Shown: in pieces, positions 56,007-64,000 of the stretch
Layout: each line of letters starts with the position of its first letter
Position numbering within the stretch: the stretch's first letter is position 1
Assembly: GCA_963578105.1 (NCBI GenBank)
Contig: CAUZBP010000013.1
Location: 8,562 to 72,561, forward strand
From: Planctomycetota bacterium
Lineage (GTDB): Bacteria > Planctomycetota > Planctomycetia > Pirellulales > Pirellulaceae
Direction: 5' to 3'
DNA length: 64,000 nt
The notes under the pieces: generated by a model
What the model saw: the letters and a program-made list of their open reading frames with translations, nothing else
The model's database searches: none
What the model was told of the DNA's origin: nothing
Position numbers and translations under genes: made by a program

Positions 56007-56939
56007 CTACTGCCCTAACATTTCGGCCAAGTGCAACCCCACGCTTTCTGCCAAAACCTTCGTATTGTAGCCACCCTCCAAAACACTCACCACCCGACCT
56101 TCGCAATACGACCGGGCCAGTTCCAGCACGATCCGTGTGAGCCGCGAAAAGTCCTCGGTTTCCAAACCCAGGGAACCGATCGGGTCCTGGCGGTGGCTAT
56201 CAAATCCGGCGCTAATTAATATCAACTGGGGACGAATTTTCTTTGCAAAGCGTTCTAATTGGGATTGAAACGAATCCATGTATCGTTCTCGGGAAGTCCC
56301 AAACTCGGTCGGCAAATTTAATGTCGTGCCCAAACCAGCACCACTCCCTGTTTCCTGGATCCTGCCGGTTCCTGGATAAAATGGCCAGCGGTGGATTGAA
56401 AAAAAGGCCACACGGGGGTCTTCCCAAAAGATATCCTGCGTTCCATTCCCGTGGTGGACATCCCAATCCACGATCAAAATGCGATCCAGACTGAATTCGG
56501 TATGGGCGACGCGCGCGGCGATGGCCACGTTGTTCAGCAGACAAAATCCCATCACCTTATTAGACAACGCGTGGTGGCCAGGTGGGCGGAGCAAGCAAAG
56601 CGCCGTGAGGTCCTGGCCGGTTAGAACGCGCTCGACTGCATCCGCTGCTGCCCCGGCTGCTTGTAGCGCTGCGCGATAGGAGCCAAGAGAAACGATGGTG
56701 TCGGCTTCAATCCTCCCGCCACCTTGCGCGACAAACTGCTCGATCATCCTGGTATGTTCGGCAGGATGTACTTTCTGTAGCTGATCTGCTGAGATCTTGG
56801 GGCAAGCTGGCCGCGTACACCGTACGTCGAGCTGTTCATGTTTCAAATGCGCGGAGATCTGCCGCAGGCGTTCGATGCACTCCGGATGGGAACCCGTGTC
56901 GTGTAGTAGAAAAACAGGATCGTAATAGAGAAGAGTCAA
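56007..56939 (-). CDS. Histone deacetylase-family (AcuC/Aph-like) deacetylase
   Basis: RPPGHHA, VDWDVHHGNGTQDIF, SAGFDSH and EGGY. TTG is the only start candidate in the open frame. Confidence 0.9.
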   Translation of the reverse strand: MTLLYYDPVFLLHDTGSHPECIERLRQISAHLKHEQLDVRCTRPACPKISADQLQKVHPAEHTRMIEQFVAQGGGRIEADTIVSLGSYRAALQAAGAAADAVERVLTGQDLTALCLLRPPGHHALSNKVMGFCLLNNVAIAARVAHTEFSLDRILIVDWDVHHGNGTQDIFWEDPRVAFFSIHRWPFYPGTGRIQETGSGAGLGTTLNLPTEFGTSRERYMDSFQSQLERFAKKIRPQLILISAGFDSHRQDPIGSLGLETEDFSRLTRIVLELARSYCEGRVVSVLEGGYNTKVLAESVGLHLAEMLGQ

Positions 56940-57064
56940 TGGGAACCGTTGTGAATTTGAGAGTGTCCTGCTAAGTTATTTAGGAACTGACCACACCGCG
57001 TTCCGGACTTCTATGAAAATTGTATCACAGCTGTTGGGGGTCTTCGATTCCAAGCACCTTCCTT

Positions 57065-57076
57065 GTGACATGTCAC
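57065..57076. repeat. Perfect 12-bp palindrome GTGACATGTCAC
   Basis: Read directly from the sequence. It lies 29 nt downstream of the clpB stop and about 126 nt upstream of the deacetylase start. Confidence 0.5.
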
Positions 57077-57104
57077 GGTGATATTTTGTTGAGCCGATGA
57101 GCGC

Positions 57105-59786
57105 CTACTCTGCTGACGCGGTTTCGACGACCGTTGCCGCGGGATCTTGGGAAAACGTAAACATTTCATGTTGGTAGTCCACGATCAATCCATCACCCTC
57201 CTGCAAATTCCCTTTGAGTAATTCAGTGGCCAAGGGATTCTGAAGCCGTTGCTGGATGAGCCGCTTAAGAGGCCGGGCTCCGAAAGCCGGATCGTACCCT
57301 TGGGATGCAATTTGCCGCCGGGCCGTTTCGGAAACGGTCAGCCGCAAGTTTTGTTGCTCTAACTGCTTGGCCAGCAACCCGAGCTGCAAATCGGCAATCT
57401 TTGCAATTTCTTCCCGCTTCAGCGGATGGAAGAGGATGGATTCATCAATGCGATTGAGGAATTCAGGGAGGAAATGACCTTGCAGAGACTCGTTGACCGT
57501 TTCGTACATTTCCTCCTCCGTCCCGCCCTCCCGCGCAATTTGTTGAATCAGTTGGCTTCCGATGTTGCTGGTCATTACCACGATGGAATTAGTGAAGTTG
57601 ACAGTGTGTCCGCGGTTGTCGGTCAAACGTCCGTCATCCAGTACCTGCAGCAGGATGTTAAACACGTCTCGATGTGCTTTTTCTATTTCGTCCAACAGGA
57701 TCACACTGTAGGGCCGACGACGCACCGCTTCGGTTAACTTTCCACCTTCTTCGTAACCAACGTAACCAGGAGGGGCACCGATAAGTCGGCTTACGGTGTG
57801 CCGCTCCTGGAACTCACTCATGTCGAGTCGAACCATGGCATGTTCGTCGTCGAACAGGACTTCCGCCAAAGCTTTGCACAGTTCCGTTTTTCCTACTCCC
57901 GTCGGTCCCAGAAACAGGAAAGAACCGATGGGTCGGTTGACGTCCTGCAATCCACTCCGATTGCGCCGGACCGCATTGGAGACCGCTTCTACGGCCTCTT
58001 GCTGGCCGACCACCCTTTGATGCAGGCGTTCTTCCATTACCAGCAGCTTTGCCCGCTCGGTTTCGAGCATCCGTGTGACGGGAACACCCGTCCAGAGACT
58101 CACCACTTCGCTGATTTCTTCTTCAGTGACCTCGCGACGCAGTAACCGTCGACTCGAATGCGCTTTATCTTTGTCTTTGGATTGTTGCTCGTCTGACGCT
58201 TCGGCTTCGATCCGTGCTCGAAAGCTTTTCAGCTGATTGTCTAATTCGTAAAGGCGCTGATATTCTTCTTCTCCGACCGGATCTCCATTTGCTTGCTTTT
58301 CTTTAATTGCCGCATCTAACTGGCCGAATCCGAGTTCAGCCTGAGCCAATTCGTGGCGCACTTTCTGCACATCACCCAGCCCCAGTTTTTCAGCTTCCCA
58401 CTGCTCACGGAGGCTGGCCAGTTCATGCTTGAGTTCTTCCATTTCCGTTTCGATTTCGCCCAGGCGTTCCTGAGCGTGTTCTTCGGTTTCCTCTGCCAAT
58501 TGTCGCGCGGCAAGTTCAAGTTGAGTCAGACGTCTTTGCACCACATCAATTTCGGTAGGCACACTCTCGAGTTCCATGGCCAAGCGACTGGCTGCTTCGT
58601 CGACCAAGTCAATCGCTTTATCGGGAAGAAAACGATCCGCGATGTAACGACTTGAAAGATTTGCTGCAGCGACAATCGCCGAATCTTTGATTTTCACGCC
58701 GTGATGGGCCTCGTAGCGCGATTTCAGTCCCCGTAAAATTGCGACCGTATCTTCTACCGAAGGCTCACTGACGTTGATGGGTTGGAAACGGCGCTCAAGC
58801 GCCGCGTCCTTCTCAATGTACTTTCGATATTCGTCCAGGGTCGTGGCGCCCACGCAACGTAGATCTCCTCGAGCGAGTGCGGGTTTCAACAGGTTGGCCG
58901 CATCGCTACCTCCCTCGGCGTTACCACCTCCCACAACGGTGTGTAATTCATCAATGAACAAGACCACTTTGCCAGCAGCGTCAGCCACCTCGCGGAGGAC
59001 CGCTTTCAGGCGATCCTCGAATTCACCACGAAATTTGGCACCCGCCACGAGAGCTCCCATGTCGAGTGCAATCACGTGCTGGTTCTTCAAGCTCTGGGGT
59101 ACGTCACCCTGGACAATCCGCAGAGCGAGACCCTCGGCAATAGCGGTCTTGCCCACGCCCGGTTCACCGATCAAAACGGGATTGTTCTTGGTGCGTCGCG
59201 AAAGGACCTGGATCACGCGACGGATTTCACCGTCTCGGCCGATCACAGGATCGAGTTTTCCGGCCGTGGCCTGTTTCACTAAATCGATCCCGTACTTTTC
59301 CAACGCCTGAAATTTGTCCTCTGGATTTTGATCCGTCACGCGGGCACTGCCACGTATTTCCTGCATGGCTCCCAATACATCGTCCTCGTCGATGCCATTC
59401 AATTGCAGCAGATCTTTCGCTTTATTTGAGTTCTTGGTCAAAGTCAGAATCAGGTGCTCGCTGGAAACGTACTCGTCTTTCATGAAAGTAGATTCTTGGA
59501 CGGCCTGTTGCAGCACCTGATTCAGCTCGCCGGTCATTTGAGGAAAATTGCCTCCGGAAACCTTCGGTAAGCGACCAATCTCTGCATGAATCATGTTGTT
59601 CAACTGTGAAACGTCGACACCGATCTTATCCAGAATGGGACGTACAATCCCGTCGCTTTCGGCCACCAGCGCAGCCAGCAGATGCAGAGGATCGATCGAC
59701 GGATGCCCCTGATCCAGCGCGAGGCTCTGGGCACGTTGAACCGCTTCCTGAGCTTTGATGGTAAATTTATCGAATGAAAATACCAT
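57105..59786 (-). CDS. clpB: ATP-dependent chaperone/disaggregase ClpB
   Basis: Clp N-domain, two AAA+ modules (GEPGVGKTA and GPTGVGKTE), and the long middle coiled coil between them. AGGAGG lies upstream of the ATG. Confidence 0.97.
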   Translation of the reverse strand: MVFSFDKFTIKAQEAVQRAQSLALDQGHPSIDPLHLLAALVAESDGIVRPILDKIGVDVSQLNNMIHAEIGRLPKVSGGNFPQMTGELNQVLQQAVQESTFMKDEYVSSEHLILTLTKNSNKAKDLLQLNGIDEDDVLGAMQEIRGSARVTDQNPEDKFQALEKYGIDLVKQATAGKLDPVIGRDGEIRRVIQVLSRRTKNNPVLIGEPGVGKTAIAEGLALRIVQGDVPQSLKNQHVIALDMGALVAGAKFRGEFEDRLKAVLREVADAAGKVVLFIDELHTVVGGGNAEGGSDAANLLKPALARGDLRCVGATTLDEYRKYIEKDAALERRFQPINVSEPSVEDTVAILRGLKSRYEAHHGVKIKDSAIVAAANLSSRYIADRFLPDKAIDLVDEAASRLAMELESVPTEIDVVQRRLTQLELAARQLAEETEEHAQERLGEIETEMEELKHELASLREQWEAEKLGLGDVQKVRHELAQAELGFGQLDAAIKEKQANGDPVGEEEYQRLYELDNQLKSFRARIEAEASDEQQSKDKDKAHSSRRLLRREVTEEEISEVVSLWTGVPVTRMLETERAKLLVMEERLHQRVVGQQEAVEAVSNAVRRNRSGLQDVNRPIGSFLFLGPTGVGKTELCKALAEVLFDDEHAMVRLDMSEFQERHTVSRLIGAPPGYVGYEEGGKLTEAVRRRPYSVILLDEIEKAHRDVFNILLQVLDDGRLTDNRGHTVNFTNSIVVMTSNIGSQLIQQIAREGGTEEEMYETVNESLQGHFLPEFLNRIDESILFHPLKREEIAKIADLQLGLLAKQLEQQNLRLTVSETARRQIASQGYDPAFGARPLKRLIQQRLQNPLATELLKGNLQEGDGLIVDYQHEMFTFSQDPAATVVETASAE

Positions 59787-60044
59787 GGCTCTGCCTCCTC
59801 TAATCTTTCGTCGAGTGGGTCACGTGCCGCACGCCAAGGTTCTACCTCGACGTGATGGTACGCTGTGTAACGGGAAGTCCTTTGTCCGTGATTATCTTGC
59901 TGTGCCAAACACGTTTTTCTCACCCGCGCAGCACGAACCCAGACGGACCAGGTTGTTAAAACAGAATGCCGCAGCAGTCACCGTGAGGTCGCTGCCCCGA
60001 CTATATTTTCTTGTCCAGCGGACCTCGCTGAAAGAAGTACTGGA

Positions 60045-61988
60045 TTACGAATCCTTGACCTCGAACTCGGCGTCGATCGCGTCGTCCTCGGTGCTTGGTT
60101 CGCCATCTGTTGGGTCAGCAGACTCGACATTTGCGTCCGCCGGCCCGCCAGCTCCCTGAGCACTTTCGTACAATGTTTTGCTAAAGGCGTGAGATGCCTG
60201 TTCGAGTTCCTCAATGGCACTTTTTATTGCCTGAACATCTTCACCTTTGGCCACTTCGTGTGCCTTGGCAATGGTGTCTTCCAGCGGTTTTTTGTCCTCC
60301 TCACTTAACTTGTCTTCATGCTCCTTTATCATTTTTTCGATTTGGAAGCACATCTGGTCTGCCTGGTTACGTGATTCGGCCAGTTCGCGTCGTTGCTTAT
60401 CGTCTGCGGCATGCTCCTCCGCATCACTCCGCATATGAGTGATCTCTTCTTCCGAAAGTCCGGAGGACTGTTCAATACGAACGGACTGTTCTTTGCCCGT
60501 TCCCAGCTCTTTCGCAGAAACATTGAGAATACCATTCTGATCAAGGTCAAATTTGACTTCGATCTGTGGCATTCCACGCGGCGATGAAGGAATACCCTCT
60601 AAGTTGAACTGACCGAGCAAACGGTTATCGGCAGCCATTTCGCGTTCTCCTTGGAAGACACGCACAGTGACAGCTGTTTGGTTGTCTTCTGCCGTACTGA
60701 AAACCTGTTTTCGCTCTGTCGGAACCGTGGTGTTTCGTTCGACGAGCTTCGTAAAGACTCCACCCAGTGTTTCGATGCCCAGGGACAAGGGCGTCACATC
60801 CAGTAACAGCACATCCTTGCGGTCGCCTGCCAGAACACTTCCTTGAATGGCCGCACCAGCAGCTACGACTTCGTCCGGATTGACACCCCGGTGAGGGTCT
60901 TTTCCGAAGATCTCTTTTACCAGTTGTTGAACTTTTGGTACACGTGTCGAACCACCGACCAGCACGATCTCGTCGATCTCGCTAGGCTGTAACTTGGCAT
61001 CCTTCAGGGCCTGTATCACCGGGCCACGACAACGCTCGATCAACGGATCGATCAACTCCTCAAATGTTGAGCGAGAAATACTTAACTGGAGATGCTTAGG
61101 CCCGGAAGCATCGGCGGTAATGAATGGCAAATTGATATCCGTGGAAGCCGTCGAGCTTAATTCTTTCTTGGCCTTTTCGCATGCTTCCTGCAACCGCTGC
61201 AAAGCCATCATGTCATTACGAAGATCGATGCCCTGCTCGCGTTTGAATTCGTTGGCAACGTGGTTGATTAAAATATCATCAAGATCGTCGCCACCCAGGT
61301 GGGTGTCGCCACTGGTACTGATCACCTCGAATACCTTGATGTTGTCGTCGTTGCCTTCCGTTTCAGCGACTTCGAGAATCGAGACGTCGAAGGTTCCTCC
61401 TCCGAAGTCGAAGACGACGATTTTTTCTTGATTTTTCTTATCCAATCCGTAGCTCAGAGCAGCGGCAGTTGGTTCGTTGATAATGCGAGCTACCTCGATT
61501 CCCGCAATTTGCCCGGCATCCTTGGTTGCTTGCCGCTGTGAATCGTTAAAATAGGCCGGGACAGTGATCACGGCTTTGTTGACTTTATGGCCCAGATAAG
61601 ATTCCGCCGATTCCTTCAATTTTCGCAAAATCTTCGCTGAAAGTTCCTGGGGAGTGTGTTCCTGACCGTCGACTTTCACCTTCACGTATTCGTCGCTGCC
61701 ACCCATCACTTCGTACGGGACCATCTTCTCTTCAGATTCCACCTCGTTGTGTCGCCGCCCCATGAAGCGTTTGATCGAATAGATCGTTCTTTGGGGGTTG
61801 GTAACGGCTTGTCGACGAGCAGGTTCACCGACCAGTGTTTCACCCTTGTCATTGAAGGCAACGACGCTCGGGGTAATACGATTTCCTTCGGGGTTGGGAA
61901 TGATCTTCGGTTCATCCCCTTCCATTACCGATACCACCGAGTTGGTAGTGCCTAAGTCGATTCCAATGATCTTTTCGCCCTCTGCCAT
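60045..61988 (-). CDS. dnaK: Molecular chaperone DnaK (Hsp70)
   Basis: [22 protein letters not shown] and [12 protein letters not shown], with an acidic C-terminal tail. Confidence 0.98.
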   Translation of the reverse strand: MAEGEKIIGIDLGTTNSVVSVMEGDEPKIIPNPEGNRITPSVVAFNDKGETLVGEPARRQAVTNPQRTIYSIKRFMGRRHNEVESEEKMVPYEVMGGSDEYVKVKVDGQEHTPQELSAKILRKLKESAESYLGHKVNKAVITVPAYFNDSQRQATKDAGQIAGIEVARIINEPTAAALSYGLDKKNQEKIVVFDFGGGTFDVSILEVAETEGNDDNIKVFEVISTSGDTHLGGDDLDDILINHVANEFKREQGIDLRNDMMALQRLQEACEKAKKELSSTASTDINLPFITADASGPKHLQLSISRSTFEELIDPLIERCRGPVIQALKDAKLQPSEIDEIVLVGGSTRVPKVQQLVKEIFGKDPHRGVNPDEVVAAGAAIQGSVLAGDRKDVLLLDVTPLSLGIETLGGVFTKLVERNTTVPTERKQVFSTAEDNQTAVTVRVFQGEREMAADNRLLGQFNLEGIPSSPRGMPQIEVKFDLDQNGILNVSAKELGTGKEQSVRIEQSSGLSEEEITHMRSDAEEHAADDKQRRELAESRNQADQMCFQIEKMIKEHEDKLSEEDKKPLEDTIAKAHEVAKGEDVQAIKSAIEELEQASHAFSKTLYESAQGAGGPADANVESADPTDGEPSTEDDAIDAEFEVKDS

Positions 61989-62254
61989 CGCTTTCTCCTT
62001 GACTGACGATCCTCGCTTTGTGCCTGCCGGTTCAGCCCAGGGGGTGGGCCAAACGCGCTGCAGACAACGAAGTGCTATCTACTGCTTTGTTCTAAGTTCA
62101 AATAGGGGTGCCGTTTAGCGCAACCGCAAAACGGCGGACAGAAACCTCGAGGTTCCTATACAGCAAAGCCTATGCCAGTCTTCCCAGTTCGTACCGATCA
62201 TCGGCCTAAGTGTATTGCCATAAATTACTTAGGACAGGCATTATGTCTTGAGTC

Positions 62255-63454
62255 GTGGGTCGTTATAATCGTGCATTCGCGTCTTCTGCCATTTTGACAG
62301 AAGGGACTCAGGTTCAACCTCACCTCCTCCTAGCCGTCGTGGCCAAACAACCCATCAAGAAGAAGTCCTCAGCTCGAGCTGGTAAGCCGACCGCTGGTCA
62401 ATTGCGCGCTAAAATAAAACGCCTGGATCAACAACTGGTCAAGCAGATCAATGAGCGGATCGGCTTGGTGAAGAAGCTGGCACGATTCTCGGTGGAAAGC
62501 GCAACTGAAGTTTGCGACGTCAAAGTTGTTTGTCGTGCCTTGGGAAAATCGGTCTCCCAGAGCGGTTCCGTGGACTCAACAACTTTACGAGCGGTATTTC
62601 GAGAGCTGTTGAGCGGATCCCGCCAGTTGGTCGCTCCTGTGAAGGTTGCCTATTTGGGTCCACCCTATAGCTTCAGCCACTTGGCGGCTTCGGAACGATT
62701 CGGTGAGAGCGCCGAACTGATTCCCGTCGAGACGATCGCCGCCGTCTTCAGGGAAGCACGGAACGGGTATGTCGATTATGGCTTGGTACCCTTGGAGAAT
62801 TCGACGGATGGACGTATCGTCGACACGCTCGATATGTTTGCTCGCGTATCTGTCAAGGTATGTGGCGAAGTACCATTGCGTATTCATCACCATCTGCTGG
62901 GACGATGTCAGCGATCGGAAATTCGTGAAGTTTACAGCAAGCCGCAGGCGCTGTCGCAGTGTCGCAACTGGTTGGCAAAACACATCCCGGGTGCTGATTT
63001 GCAGGAAGTCAGCAGCACTGCAGCCGCTGCACAGTTGGCAGCTAAGAAAAAAGGAGTTGCGGCAATCGCCAGCCGACAGGCCGGCATGCACTACGAACTG
63101 GAAGTCATTGCAGCGGCAATTGAAGATAACCAAGACAATATCACTCGTTTTGCTGTCATTGGTGCCGAAATCCCCCCGCGGACGGGCAGCGACAAAACAG
63201 CACTCATGTTCGGGCTGGCTCATCAACCCGGTGCCCTAGCCAATGCCATGTCGGTATTCAAAAGGAGCTCCCTCAATTTGACATGGATTGAATCGTTTCC
63301 TCTACGGGGATCGCAAAACGAGTACCTTTTTTTTGTGGAACTCGAAGGCCATCCGCAAGATCCCAAGGTCAAGCGAGCGCTCACGTCGCTTTACAAAAAA
63401 GTGGTTCGCCTGGAAGTTTTGGGTGCCTATGGCAGGAGTGAACCAGTAGGTTAG
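62255..63454 (+). CDS. pheA: Bifunctional chorismate mutase / prephenate dehydratase (P-protein); start uncertain
   Basis: Chorismate mutase helix LRAKIKRLDQQLVKQINERIGLVKKL. Prephenate dehydratase VAYLGPPYSFSH and NITRFAVIG. ACT/ESRP-like TWIESFPLRG. The track start is the GTG at 62255, but a TATAAT hexamer sits at 62264-62269, so the real start may be downstream (e.g. the GTG at 62339). Confidence 0.88.
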   Translation: MGRYNRAFASSAILTEGTQVQPHLLLAVVAKQPIKKKSSARAGKPTAGQLRAKIKRLDQQLVKQINERIGLVKKLARFSVESATEVCDVKVVCRALGKSVSQSGSVDSTTLRAVFRELLSGSRQLVAPVKVAYLGPPYSFSHLAASERFGESAELIPVETIAAVFREARNGYVDYGLVPLENSTDGRIVDTLDMFARVSVKVCGEVPLRIHHHLLGRCQRSEIREVYSKPQALSQCRNWLAKHIPGADLQEVSSTAAAAQLAAKKKGVAAIASRQAGMHYELEVIAAAIEDNQDNITRFAVIGAEIPPRTGSDKTALMFGLAHQPGALANAMSVFKRSSLNLTWIESFPLRGSQNEYLFFVELEGHPQDPKVKRALTSLYKKVVRLEVLGAYGRSEPVG

Positions 63455-63717
63455 TGAGGATCTCCCGGACATGTTCTCCCAGGCTGCTACCGGGCGTTCA
63501 AATCACACAAAGACTCGATGGAGAAAAGCGGAAAAGAATCGCAAGTCCTCACGAAACAAGTTGCGACGAGTTCGCTTCTGAAGGAAAAAATGGGAAGTGA
63601 TGGATGCCTTCACCGAACCCAGAGTCAAGGGAAAAATTGTTGGCGTGACAGTCGTTGCCGCGCAAGTCAACAAGTCCATGGAGGCTGGGCGACAAATCAA
63701 ACTAGAAAGCTACTGTG

Positions 63718-64000
63718 GTGAAACGCTTGTTGATTGCCGGCAACTGGAAAATGAATCTGGATAAGGACGAAGCGGCCAGGCTTGTCCGAAATCTGGTTGA
63801 TGGTCTGGGGCCATCGACAGCGGTCGATGTGATCATCTGTCCTCCCAGCGTTTATTTGGACGTGGTAGGTGCTGCCTTGCAGGATTCGTCGATTGCTTTG
63901 GGGGCGCAAAATATGTACCACGAACCTTCCGGAGCTTTCACCGGGGAGGTCGGTACTGCCATGTTGGCAGACCTGGGTTGTGAGTATGTGATCCTTGGTC
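63718..64000 (+). CDS. tpiA: Triosephosphate isomerase, 3'-truncated by the window edge
   Basis: This gene is not in the ORF track because there is no stop in the window. Frame 1 from the GTG at 63718 reads VKRLLIAGNWKMNLDKDEAARLV...ICPPSVYL...GAQNMYHEPSGAFTGEVGTAMLADLGCEYVILG, the classic TIM N-terminus. Confidence 0.9.
   Translation, partial: MKRLLIAGNWKMNLDKDEAARLVRNLVDGLGPSTAVDVIICPPSVYLDVVGAALQDSSIALGAQNMYHEPSGAFTGEVGTAMLADLGCEYVILG

Noticed and set aside
63600-63764. 54-aa ORF (MDAFTEPRVKGKIVGVTVVAAQVNKSMEAGRQIKLESYCGETL...) overlapping the tpiA start. Also the 67-aa track ORF 63518-63721.
   Set aside because: I recognise no motif and no SD, and both overlap the well-supported tpiA N-terminus. 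They are more likely part of the tpiA leader.
1-64000. Looked for CRISPR arrays, IS elements/transposases, integrases, phage genes, toxin-antitoxin pairs, rRNA/tRNA/tmRNA/RNase P/SRP RNA signatures and long direct repeats.
   Set aside because: None was seen by eye. Short repeats and structured RNAs can be missed without software, so tRNAscan-SE, Infernal/Rfam and a self-dot-plot would be the decisive checks.

Overview
This window reads as a gene-dense chromosomal core segment with moderate GC by eye. It is most likely from a member of the Planctomycetota. That assignment is an inference from gene content: a Hanks-type kinase, an SHD1-domain secreted protein, a DUF11 lipoprotein, futalosine-pathway (mqn) menaquinone genes, and several large secreted or lipoprotein hypotheticals. 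I can support 48 protein-coding genes. They include housekeeping genes (tkt, tyrS, ispD, mnmA, nadA, pheA, tpiA, ppiB, dnaK, clpB). There is a complete beta-oxidation cluster (fadB-fadA, an acyl-CoA synthetase and an acyl-CoA dehydrogenase) and mqnA plus an MqnC/MqnE-type radical SAM gene. The remainder are an ABC exporter whose permease is fused to a CPBP protease domain, an MscS channel, a haem-c flavoprotein and a set of conserved hypotheticals. Reading by eye I found no rRNA, tRNA, CRISPR array, transposase or integrase, prophage genes or long repeats. Many long ORFs in the six-frame track are antisense or alternative-frame shadows of real genes, and several track ORFs over-extend the true N-terminus; I give the more likely internal starts. 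I do not see a convincing self-contained novel multi-gene system such as a defence island, and the region looks ordinary. The most checkable oddities are these: (1) a lipoprotein flavocytochrome with a C-terminal tri-haem tail, plus a duplicated palindromic operator-like site upstream; (2) a tight ABC ATPase / permease-CPBP fusion / amidohydrolase operon next to the mqn genes; (3) an acidic protein carrying five copies of an SVxD[VI]LAxAR motif; (4) a DUF4430 + DUF6580 pair that may be a vitamin (corrinoid?) uptake module; (5) a stand-alone LigD-phosphoesterase-like protein preceded by a C9 tract; (6) an orphan 84-aa FliN/SpoA-domain gene. All functional calls rest on motif recognition by eye. 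No database search was run.
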